64,000 nucleotides of DNA, taken from positions 1,184,001 to 1,248,000 of the forward strand of contig OZ242260.1 of assembly GCA_965207065.1 (NCBI GenBank), in the 5' to 3' direction. This document shows, one piece after another, positions 1-8,641 of this stretch. Both the position numbers and the translations under genes were made by a program. Position 1 is the stretch's first letter, and the number at the start of each line of letters is the position of its first letter. The notes under the pieces are model-generated. The model saw only the letters and a program-made list of their open reading frames with translations. It was not told where the DNA came from and ran no database searches. This DNA is from a bacterium. Its GTDB lineage: Bacteria; UBA8248.

Positions 1-1215
1 CTGCTGGATGAACAGTTCGGAAAACACGCTGCCCTCGTGCTAGCATCGCAATGGTCAGCCGCGAACGAACCGAACAACGATCAGCCTTTTTCGAGTGGGC
101 CGAACTTTTCGAATTTTGAGGAAAAACGAGCTCTGTGCGCCACCGATCCGACTGCCTCTTCAGCGGAGGCTGAGGCCATATTTGATACGATCGAACTACT
201 GATTGACGATAACGCAACAGAGGAGCAAAAAAAGCTCGCCGTAGCTCTTGGCATCATTGCTGTGCGGCTTCCGCACGGGCAACGAGATACCACTATTCAA
301 AAATTGCTTTCACTGGCTGATCGCCCAGCTCGCGCCGACCTCTTGCAAAATCTCGTACTTTCTGGCGAAACCATCGAGCTTGAGATAGTCAGGGATGGCA
401 TCGTTGACTTGCTTGAGGCCGCGAAGACTGCGCAATGGCTTCTGTCGCAGGATGGCTATGAGTTGAAGCAATGGCTACGCCTTCTGCCCTTCACGAATTG
501 TCCCAATGAAGCACTCACCATCGTAGGCGATTTACCTGACAAACAACGCAGACCAGACTTTTTGGAGGGGATGGTTGCCGCCTTCGGGGCAATATCCTCC
601 CACGACGCCGAGAACGTACTGTTCCAGCTAGCAGAAACGGATCATCGTTTCTACAGCAATCGTACGTGGCTTCGTGTGGCTATGTGCAGGGAAAAGGTAT
701 CATTTGCTCGGCGTACAATAGATTTAGCAGCGAAGGGTGTCTTCAACGGAAAAAGAGTACACAACTGGCAGTTGGCACGCGAAATTGGTGGTTTGATCGG
801 CGAACACGGTGAGTTACGCGCATATGTATATGAATTGTTGGAGCAAGGCCCGAGGTTGCCGGGATTCGAACTATTAGCTCAAGTCGTGGCTGAACAGCCC
901 GATACGGAAGGATTGCTGCTGCTAGTCAAGATCGAGAGTGAACACAAGCTCTCATTCATCTCGTGGCGAACGATTGAGAACGTCGTAACCAAGCATGTCC
1001 CCTCCACGACTTGGAGTGGCGCGTACAATATAGTACCCACATCGAGCGCAGATATAAGGCGTGAACTACTGAATATGACGACGGATGGGGGTGCCACGGA
1101 TATCGCTGCACGCTGCCTTGAACAAATCGACACGATCAGAGATGAATACGGTGCAACTGTATCTGATAAGCGCCATCCTAATCTTGAGTCGGGTCGTACT
1201 TGGCCAATTTTATAG
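1..1215 (+). CDS. C-terminal part of a large helical protein, 5'-truncated by the window edge; possibly a NACHT/STAND-type ATPase
   Basis: Frame 1 is open from base 1 to TAG at 1213-1215; GC is lower than the core. The ending IDTIRDEYG...RHP..SG..WP resembles C-termini I associate with NACHT-domain proteins, but no NTPase motif is inside the window. Confidence 0.45.
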   Translation: MLDEQFGKHAALVLASQWSAANEPNNDQPFSSGPNFSNFEEKRALCATDPTASSAEAEAIFDTIELLIDDNATEEQKKLAVALGIIAVRLPHGQRDTTIQKLLSLADRPARADLLQNLVLSGETIELEIVRDGIVDLLEAAKTAQWLLSQDGYELKQWLRLLPFTNCPNEALTIVGDLPDKQRRPDFLEGMVAAFGAISSHDAENVLFQLAETDHRFYSNRTWLRVAMCREKVSFARRTIDLAAKGVFNGKRVHNWQLAREIGGLIGEHGELRAYVYELLEQGPRLPGFELLAQVVAEQPDTEGLLLLVKIESEHKLSFISWRTIENVVTKHVPSTTWSGAYNIVPTSSADIRRELLNMTTDGGATDIAARCLEQIDTIRDEYGATVSDKRHPNLESGRTWPIL

Positions 1216-1623
1216 CCGAAGCCAGAGACGACGAAAATAGAAATGTACTGCTGTCAGATGGGTAATTTGGGGTGGTTCAGTCTGCCCCGTTTTCACAACC
1301 GTACTAAGGGGAGCCTGTTGTAGAGGTGATGAACGGGCGGCAGAGCTTCAAATTACTCCACATGTTTCTTATGTTGCTCTGATCCAGTCGAAGACTTTCG
1401 GTTACAAGATGTACCGCAACCAATTCGCAACCGGTTTAACTCCAATTTCTAATGTGAGAAGTTCGTTCTTTTCAACGCACTCAGAAATTGCGCGATTCAT
1501 CTTTCGTTAAGGTGCGCCCGTTAACGCCACCGTCGAAGTGGATCGGGGAATACTTGCATGCTCGAATCGTCATATGGTGTCTCGACAACTACGCTGGGTT
1601 TCTCTGGTAACAAAAATTGGTAG

Positions 1624-2076
1624 CTCAATTTTCATTCAAACAGCGACCGTTTAGCTTCCGGGGAGGAACTCGCTGACCGTCTCGATGCACCGAAATTTGA
1701 ATCGGCGCCGACATTTCGAGGGATGCGTGCTCTCGTTAATTCGAAAGATAAAAGTGTCGACATACACCTTTCTAACACCGTTACACAGCAAGGCAAGACT
1801 GCGTGGTTGTTCGGCTTCGGACGAGCTCTCGGTGAAATCGTTGCTAATCCACCTGCGCCAAGAGCTGTCGTCAACGACCTCCGGGACGCGTCGCGGCAGG
1901 CAGTCAACCGAGCCTTTGCTGCGGAGTTTCTTGCTCCAGTCAACGAAATTCTTGCCATGCACGAAGATTCGATGGACATCAGCGCAATTGCGGTAGAGTT
2001 CGGAGTTTCGGATCAGGTCATAATGCGCCAAATTGAGAACTCGCATAACATTAAGTGGGCGTGCAGTACTGGATGA
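1624..2076 (+). pseudogene. ImmA/IrrE-like metallopeptidase C-terminal fragment
   Basis: NRAFAAEFLAP...IAVEFGVSDQVIMRQIEN matches the ImmA/IrrE C-terminal pattern; no HExxH; frame is closed upstream by TAG at 1621. Confidence 0.5.
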
Positions 2077-2329
2077 GATGGAGTGGGAGAATACCCACAC
2101 CTGCATATAGTGCATTGATGTGGCCTTGAACTGGAGCAGGATTAAAAACCGTATTGACATGCCGCAAGGCTTGATCGCTTGAATACCTCTGCAATTTCTT
2201 CCCTGATTCAGGCCATTTTAACTCTGCAGATCATCGTATGTTAATCCCTTTGCTACAGAAACGCCGCAGGTTTGACGATTATTCTCCTTGAAAGGGACGT
2301 TCGGGAAGGAGATGTAAAAGGGTATTGTC

Positions 2330-2716
2330 TCATTTTGAAGTATCGTCCAGGAACGCAGCCTGCGACTCGCGGGCGTCTTTCATGACCCGGTCGAGTTCAT
2401 TCTTGCGTCCTTCCAGCACCAATTCATCCCGCTTTAGCGTGGAAAGGAGGTAAACCCCGCGATAGATACGCTCGATCATGGCCGAGGTTCCGGATGGTAT
2501 CGGGCCGGGATCCACGCCGGTTTCTTCTCCGGCGAGCGCCAGAGCGGCGTTGCGAATGAACTCGGCAGCAGTGGCTCCACTCCGCCTGGCGGCGATTTCG
2601 ACCCGTTCCCACTCGGGATCAGAGAAGCGGATGGTCCTTGAGGTGCGCGCGTGGCTTTGTTTTTCTTCGGGGCCGGTACCGTCTCCGGTGGGTTTTGGGT
2701 CGATTCCGCTCGTCAT
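2330..2716 (-). CDS. Ribbon-helix-helix protein, MobC-like (128 aa)
   Basis: RTIRFSDPEWERVEIAARRSGATAAEFIRNAAL is an RHH pattern; ATG at 2716 is preceded by a GGAGGAG RBS. Confidence 0.65.
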   Translation of the reverse strand: MTSGIDPKPTGDGTGPEEKQSHARTSRTIRFSDPEWERVEIAARRSGATAAEFIRNAALALAGEETGVDPGPIPSGTSAMIERIYRGVYLLSTLKRDELVLEGRKNELDRVMKDARESQAAFLDDTSK

Positions 2717-2807
2717 TTCTTCTCCTCCATGCACATGGTCCGGACCGTAAATCGATAGAGCCCGGGCTGTGAAACGGCCAGACACGGCGTTCCTTGCGGC
2801 CCGGGCG

Positions 2808-2930
2808 GCGAATGCCGATCAGCATACATGGAGGAGGGGCGCTGTTTCCAGCGAATGTCGATTGACATGCGCGAGGTTCGAAGTGAAGGGATTTCAAGGA
2901 GATACAGGTGTATGCCGATCGACATTCGCT
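2808..2930. promoter_or_regulatory. Three copies of a 20-bp motif GCGAATGYCGATYRRCATRC (2808-2827 +, 2851-2870 +, 2910-2929 -)
   Basis: Read directly; 2850-2862 and 2918-2930 form a perfect 13-bp inverted repeat; lies upstream of the RHH gene. Confidence 0.6.
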
Positions 2931-3273
2931 CTCCCAACAAAAACGGGGCGGTATTTGACGGCGTTTGAGCAAGGAACGGCACGTCTGGCGCACGATTGAC
3001 CTGTACCTTGCAGCCCGCTGCGTGGGGTGTGAAACCCGAAGCGCCGAAGGGCGTCAGATGGTCGAATTCGTGAGAACAAACGATGGGAGAATTTTGCCGG
3101 TGAGAATGGCGAGCGGGAGCCGCCGCGGCGATTGAGCGGGAGGAGGCGCAGGGAAAGAGAGTGTGAGGGTGCTGTAGCTTGCGCTTCTTATCACAAGCAG
3201 ACGGACGACACGGGAGGTGAAGGGCCGCGCCGCCACCGGGTGGGATGGCGACGCGACCCGAAGAGTGTTCGCA

Positions 3274-4233
3274 TCAAGCGGCCACGCGTTGCACGGGTAT
3301 GCCGAGGGTTTTAGCTTTGTCGACGAGGTTGTCCGTGATGCCCGACCCGGGGAACGCGACCACGCCCTTGGGCAGGAGTGCGAGCAGTTCGTCGTTCCTG
3401 CGGAAGGGAGCGGCCCTGCCGTGGGCGTCCCAGTCGGGCTTGCAGACGACCTGGTGGACGCCGTTGCGCTCGGCCCATCCCGCCGCGATCTTCTCAGCAC
3501 CGGGGCCGCCGCCGTGGACGAGGACGACGTCGGCGTACTTGGCCTTGACCTTGTCGAGATGCGCGATGATTTTGCCGGCGTCACTCGCCTCCTTGCCGCC
3601 CGCGACGGCGACGAGGGTTCCCTGGGGGAGGTGGGCGGTGCTCTCGCGGTCCTTTCTGGCGCGCTGGAAGTCGCGGGCCTCGATGACGGCGGAAGTCAGC
3701 TTGCCGGTCTGGGAGACGTGGGAGCCTCGCCTCGGCCGCCATACCTCGCCGGTCTCCGCGCGGTAGGCCTCTGCGGCGGCGTCACGGAGCCCCTCGAACG
3801 CATCGCGCCGGGCGGTGAGATTCTCGGCCCTGTCGGTCATGAGTTCGAGTTCGCGCGAGCGGATCTCGGAGCCGTCCTGCTCGCGCTGCAGTTCACGGAC
3901 CCCGGGGATGAGTTTGTCGGCGGCGCGGTCGAGCCGCTGTGTTTGGGCGTCGAGGGTGTTGACGAATCCCCAGAGGAGGTTCGCCCGCTCATCCGCGAGC
4001 TGCGTGCCGTCGGGTGCGGCTTCCGCGAGTGCGCAGAAGGCCTTGATGACGGCGGCGGTGGCTTCGCCCTCGCCCCACACGGGGCGGTTGTCGAACTCGT
4101 CCGGCCCGGGCGTGGCGCCGAACAGGGCGGCCTGCTCGCATACCATGGCGGTGAAGGATTCGTTCTGCGCTTCGTGTTCGCTGTGCTCGTTCATGTTCAT
4201 CTCCTTGTGGTCGTGAGTCGCGGTGGCAGTCAT
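3274..4233 (-). CDS. DUF2493 / YspA-like SLOG family protein typical of conjugative elements
   Basis: C-terminal SLOG motifs VAVAGG, VLVHGGGPGAEKIAAGWA, AAPFRRNDELL, VVAFPGSGIT; AAGGAG RBS. Confidence 0.8.
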   Translation of the reverse strand: MTATATHDHKEMNMNEHSEHEAQNESFTAMVCEQAALFGATPGPDEFDNRPVWGEGEATAAVIKAFCALAEAAPDGTQLADERANLLWGFVNTLDAQTQRLDRAADKLIPGVRELQREQDGSEIRSRELELMTDRAENLTARRDAFEGLRDAAAEAYRAETGEVWRPRRGSHVSQTGKLTSAVIEARDFQRARKDRESTAHLPQGTLVAVAGGKEASDAGKIIAHLDKVKAKYADVVLVHGGGPGAEKIAAGWAERNGVHQVVCKPDWDAHGRAAPFRRNDELLALLPKGVVAFPGSGITDNLVDKAKTLGIPVQRVAA

Positions 4234-4283
4234 CGTTCACTCCTTTCAGTGATTGGGTTTTTCAGTCGTTGGTTCGGTTGTCC

Positions 4284-4658
4284 TCAAGCGAGGGGATGGT
4301 TGTATTGGGGCAGCGCGTAGCCGAGATCGTCCCGCTTCACTTCTTTGGGCATCTCGTCGAGATACCTGGCTGCCCACTCGGCGGCGCGCGCGAGGACGTC
4401 GCCGTGGCACGGGAGGGGCCGGCAGTGGCAGCCGAGCTCGCAGCCGAGGAGGTCGGCGAGTTCGTAGAGGTTCACCTCCTCCTGCCGGATTTTTCTCCAC
4501 AGCCATCGCCGGTATTTCTCGATGACGGCGTCGCGGTCGCCGTCGGTGCCGACCCGGAAGGGATTTCCCCACTTCGTCGTGCGGTCGATCCTCACCAGCA
4601 AGCCGCCTCCGAACTGGGGCGCAACGTAGTCGTTCAGGTTCACCACGGTGGTTTCCAT
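4284..4658 (-). CDS. DUF4326 family protein
   Basis: IDRTTKWGNPF...LGCHCRPLPCHGDVL motifs; AAGGAG RBS. Confidence 0.8.
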   Translation of the reverse strand: METTVVNLNDYVAPQFGGGLLVRIDRTTKWGNPFRVGTDGDRDAVIEKYRRWLWRKIRQEEVNLYELADLLGCELGCHCRPLPCHGDVLARAAEWAARYLDEMPKEVKRDDLGYALPQYNHPLA

Positions 4659-5220
4659 GCCTTTCTCCTTTCAGAGAGTTAACGGATGCGCTTCTTAGCG
4701 TCCCATTTTCAGCACGTAAGGGCGCCGGTCGGTGTATCCGGCGCCCGTAGGCGGGCGAATCAAGGGCTCGTCATTTTCCGGGGGGTTCCCGAAAAACACG
4801 GTTCATCGTTTTTTGGGGGGTACCGGCAAATGATGGCCGCTTGCGGCCACCCTTTATTGCCCGGCGTTCGTGCTAAAATGAGGACTCTAAGAGAGAGACA
4901 CTAGTACCGCCACCGGGACACAAGAGTTTTTGGTGTTTCACGATGAAGGCGAAGCTCATCGTGAAACAATCTCTCATGCTGCGGAAAGGGTCATTTCGGG
5001 CCGTTCTTCCGGCCCGGAATTCCCGCAGCGGGGGGTGGACCGAGCCACTGTCCAGGGTATGGAGTGATTGCAGGCGCAAGCCGATCTTCCGTGGACATGG
5101 TTTACCGTTCACGGAACCGGAGAGTCCCCGGGTGTTCCCGGTAGACGAGAGGAGCCGCAGGGAGGGAAAGACGCGGGAGAGGGTGTTCGGGGCATGATGG
5201 ACCTCCTCTGGATAACAAGC

Positions 5221-5253
5221 AAAAAAAGGGGCCGGCGCCGTAACGCCGACCCC
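5221..5253 (-). terminator. Rho-independent terminator after ssb
   Basis: Minus strand GGGGTCGGCG-loop-CGCCGGCCCC followed by T7. Confidence 0.75.
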
Positions 5254-5261
5254 CCGGGTGA

Positions 5262-5699
5262 TCAGAATGGAATGTCTTCGCCCACTACGCCTGCGGGCAC
5301 AGCCTCTTCGGAGTGCGCGCCGTTACCGTTGCCATTGCCGTTCCCGTTCATCTTCTCCAGGAACTGCACCCGCCCGCCGGGCGCGATGAGGATCTCGGTC
5401 GAGAACCGATCCGAGTCCTCCTCGTCCTTCTTCCAGCGACGGGTCTGGAGCTTGCCCGCGACGTAGACCAGGCGGCCCTTCTTCGCGTGCTTCTCGAACA
5501 TGTCCACCAGCCCGGGCTGGAAGGTGACGACCCGGTGCCACTCGGTCTTGTCCACCCGATCGCCCGACTGCTTGTCGACGTAGCCCTCGTCGGTGGCGAT
5601 CGAGAGGTTGGCGACGCGTCCGCCGCTCGCGAGATGGTTGATGGTGACGTCGGCGCCGAGACGCCCGATCAGTTCCGCTCTGTTGAGTCCGAATGCCAT
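5262..5699 (-). CDS. ssb: Single-stranded DNA-binding protein (mobile-element type)
   Basis: LNRAELIGRLGAD, TEWHRVV, KGRLVYVAGKLQTRRW, acidic EDIPF tail. Confidence 0.95.
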   Translation of the reverse strand: MAFGLNRAELIGRLGADVTINHLASGGRVANLSIATDEGYVDKQSGDRVDKTEWHRVVTFQPGLVDMFEKHAKKGRLVYVAGKLQTRRWKKDEEDSDRFSTEILIAPGGRVQFLEKMNGNGNGNGNGAHSEEAVPAGVVGEDIPF

Positions 5700-5778
5700 G
5701 GTGATTCTCCTTGAAGTGTAGTGTGGATGATAAAGTCGAGGAGCCGGAAATCCTCTCTCCCCGGCCCCCCGGTTCGCC

Positions 5779-5910
5779 CTAAACGCTACAAAACTCCACT
5801 TCGCCTTCCGCCTCGTCGCGAAGCTTGCGGATCGTGTACGCGTCGAGTCCGAGTTCTGCGAGCAGTTCGTCCGCGGTGGGAACGTCGACGTCGTAGTCGT
5901 TCTCGTACAT
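5779..5910 (-). CDS. Small acidic hypothetical protein (43 aa)
   Basis: MYENDYDVDVPTADELLAELGLD...; GAGGAGG RBS; co-oriented upstream of ssb. Confidence 0.5.
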   Translation of the reverse strand: MYENDYDVDVPTADELLAELGLDAYTIRKLRDEAEGEVEFCSV

Positions 5911-6020
5911 GGCCAGGCCTCCTCTGGGGTTGTCGCCGGCGGCGGGAGTTGGAGACCGTCTCCCTCTCCCTACCGGGCATTTGCCCGGCTCCCCGCTTCT
6001 CTCCACCTCTCCCGGGAGGA

Positions 6021-6144
6021 CCTCATCCGGTGACGAACCCCCCACGGAGCGTGAACGGCCTCCGTCCCGACCGGGTCGAACCGGAGATGGATGGGACCGG
6101 GTGCCAGGCGGTTGCGCCCTGGTTCGGGGTTCGGATGGATGAGG
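6021..6144. other. Multi-branched stem-loop region (possible ssDNA promoter or priming signal)
   Basis: CCTCATCC(6021-28)/GGATGAGG(6137-44) and CGAACCCC(6034-41)/GGGGTTCG(6126-33) enclose internal hairpins such as ACGGAG/CTCCGT. Confidence 0.45.
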
Positions 6145-6557
6145 CGTGGGGGTACGGATGCGAATCGGGCGGTGGGAGTTCCGGTGTCGGCGTTCTTGTT
6201 ACTGCCGGTGGGGATGGTCGTCGTCGCTCTCACGCTGCCGGTGCCGGGATGCCGGAGACGATGGAGGCCGGGTTGACTCCGCGCCACTTGGCGGGCCGGG
6301 ATTGAGCCCGGCGCCTTTGTCGCCGGTGGCGAGCTCGGCTGGCCGACCGTACGGACGTGCGCGGCCCCCCGGTCCGGAGACCCGGGTGCTTCACGCGGAG
6401 GAGGCGAGTCCGGTCGGCGCCCCCCCGGCGGACGAAAGGCCGGCAGTAAGTACCCTCGACAGGCCGGCTGCGCAGCAGGGCGGCGCCACCCCCCTGGTCG
6501 TCAGACCCCCACCGGCGGGGAGCCGGCGGCGCGTGCCCGGCGAGCCGGCGAGAGTGC

Positions 6558-7367
6558 CTACCAGGCAGCATACCTGGTCATCAGCGACGCGTCTTCGATG
6601 ATTTCCACTTCATGGCGGGATAGTCTTTCGAAGGCGAGGCACATGGCCACCTCCTCCCAGGAGTCCCAGGGCCCGTGCTCCTCTCCCGTGGCGAGCTCGA
6701 CCACGGTGTAGCGCGGCGGATGGATGGGCATTCCCTTGTGCTCGCCCGAGGAGTGCCAGGAGCGCCTCGCGCATGCCTCACACCGCGCCGCAAGGCCCGC
6801 AGGCTGGGCGCAGTCCACGCAGAGCCTCTTTGCGCGCCTGTCGGCGTAGCGCCTCCTGCTCGCTACGTTCTTCTTCGGAGCGCGTCCCTCCTCGAGCGCG
6901 GCGCACGGACCGCACCTGGAAGCCCCCGCGAAGACGGGACCTCCACAACGGCCGCAAAGCCCTTTCGCTCTCCTGGCGGCGTAGAGCTTTCGCTCTTCAG
7001 CGCGCCTCTCCTCCCGGCAGACCTCGCAGACGACACTGCCCTCGACCGGAGGAACTTCCCCGCAATGGGTACAGAGCCCCGCCTCGCGACGTTCGATCCT
7101 TCGCTTCCTGTTCCTCTCCCTGGCCATCCGGCGTCGGCTCTCGGGGTTCCTCCCCCCGTAGGGCGCACCCTCGGCCTTTCGACTGGCGTAGCGGGCGCGC
7201 TCGGCGGCACGTCCTCTCTCGCCGCAGACTTCGCACAGGCTGCGGTCGGGCGCGGGAGAATGTTTCCCGCACTTGGGGCACAACCCCTGCGCGCGTCGAT
7301 CGGCGGCGCGTCTGCGGTGGCGTTCGCGCTCTTTCTTGCGTCCCTGCTCGAGGTTCTTGTACGGCAT
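6558..7367 (-). CDS. Arg-rich protein with eight CxxC motifs (four putative zinc ribbons)
   Basis: CPKC/CEVC, CTHC/CEVC, CGRC/CGPC, CVDC/CEAC pairs; GGAGAGAGG RBS. Confidence 0.75.
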   Translation of the reverse strand: MPYKNLEQGRKKERERHRRRAADRRAQGLCPKCGKHSPAPDRSLCEVCGERGRAAERARYASRKAEGAPYGGRNPESRRRMARERNRKRRIERREAGLCTHCGEVPPVEGSVVCEVCREERRAEERKLYAARRAKGLCGRCGGPVFAGASRCGPCAALEEGRAPKKNVASRRRYADRRAKRLCVDCAQPAGLAARCEACARRSWHSSGEHKGMPIHPPRYTVVELATGEEHGPWDSWEEVAMCLAFERLSRHEVEIIEDASLMTRYAAW

Positions 7368-7382
7368 CCTCTCTCCTCCCCC

Positions 7383-7697
7383 TCAGCGCCGCCGGCTTTG
7401 GCCGAAGAGGCCGATCGAGTAGACACCCCAATATTGCACCCCGCTGTCCCTGGTGCGCAGGCCCGTGCAGACGATGATCTCATCCCGCGCGGGACGCATC
7501 TCCCGGACGGCTTTCCGGGTGGCCGTCGCGCGCTTCGTCCTGCGCCCGCCCCCGGTCTTCGCCTCCCCGGCGGGCACGGGGCGGATCTCGCCGTCCATCG
7601 TGGACTTGAACCGTTCGACGGCGTATCGCGTATCCTCCAGCCCCCGGCCGAAGGTGTGGGTGAGGAAAGTGTTTGCCTCTCTCATGGTCGTCCGCAT
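7383..7697 (-). CDS. Hypothetical protein (104 aa)
   Basis: ATG at 7697 with AAGGAGG RBS; stop is 15 bp upstream of the next gene. Confidence 0.5.
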   Translation of the reverse strand: MRTTMREANTFLTHTFGRGLEDTRYAVERFKSTMDGEIRPVPAGEAKTGGGRRTKRATATRKAVREMRPARDEIIVCTGLRTRDSGVQYWGVYSIGLFGQSRRR

Positions 7698-8309
7698 CGC
7701 GCGCCTCCTTGCTTTGGGTGGTCGGGAAGGCGGAGAACGTCCTCTCCCGGACGCCCTTCCGCCGCCCCCTCCCGGCCAGGCTCTGCCTCTCGCCGGCGCG
7801 AGGCCGGGAGTAGGTGCGCGATGAGCGCCCGCCCGCGCCCGACTGCCTTCGGGGCCAGGTGAGGCGCGATGCGAAAAAAAAATCGCATCCCGGCGCAACC
7901 GTTCTTATGCGAGGGCGCGAACTCGCAGGCGCGGCGCGTGTTCTCGTCAATGGAGGCGCGCACCAGATCAGCCGCCGCCCGTATGCCGGACATATATGCC
8001 TCCACCTGCGGCGCCATAACGCTCCGGGAAAACGCCGTTTCGCGGCCCGCCACATTTCGTGGTTGAATTCCGTTGTTTGTTTAATATAATATATATAGGT
8101 AATATATTGCGTATATTTGGCTTTATATACCCTCATATATCGTACTCGAAGTCATGGAAAGCGGAACGTGGAATTGAAACCGAACCTGGAAACCCATGAT
8201 TCCGGCGCCCTGCTCGTCCGGGGAAGCCGTACCGGGAGCGTCGCCGCCAAAGACGCGCGTCCCTTCGCCGCTTTGGCGGGCCGCCCGCGTCCTGCTAGAC
8301 TGAGGCTTC

Positions 8310-8413
8310 ACCCACAGACCCACAGACCCACAGACCCACAGACCCACAGACCCACAGACCCACAGACCCACAGACCCACAGACCCACAGACCCACAGACC
8401 CACAGACCCACAG
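8310..8413. repeat. Perfect tandem repeat (ACCCACAG)x13
   Basis: Read directly; 104 bp, flanked by AT-rich tracts at ~8065-8150 and ~8455-8535. Confidence 0.97.
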
Positions 8414-8641
8414 GCGGAACCGGCTCTCTGAACCACGTTTAGACCCGCACAACCCCGCAAATAGACTCTCATATCCGCAGATAGATCCGAAAAAACCCGT
8501 AAATAGATCTAATAATCTGAATTTAGATCCCAAAAACCGCGCATCAGGCGCGCTTAAGGGCCGGTGTCCCGGTCCGTATCTCATCCGCAAGCCGGCGAAG
8601 TCCGCCGTGGAACTCGTGCAAGCGCAAGGGGGGAAGCGCAC

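Noticed and set aside
8310-8413. CRISPR array
   Set aside because: 8-bp units abut with no unique spacers, and there are no cas genes in the window.
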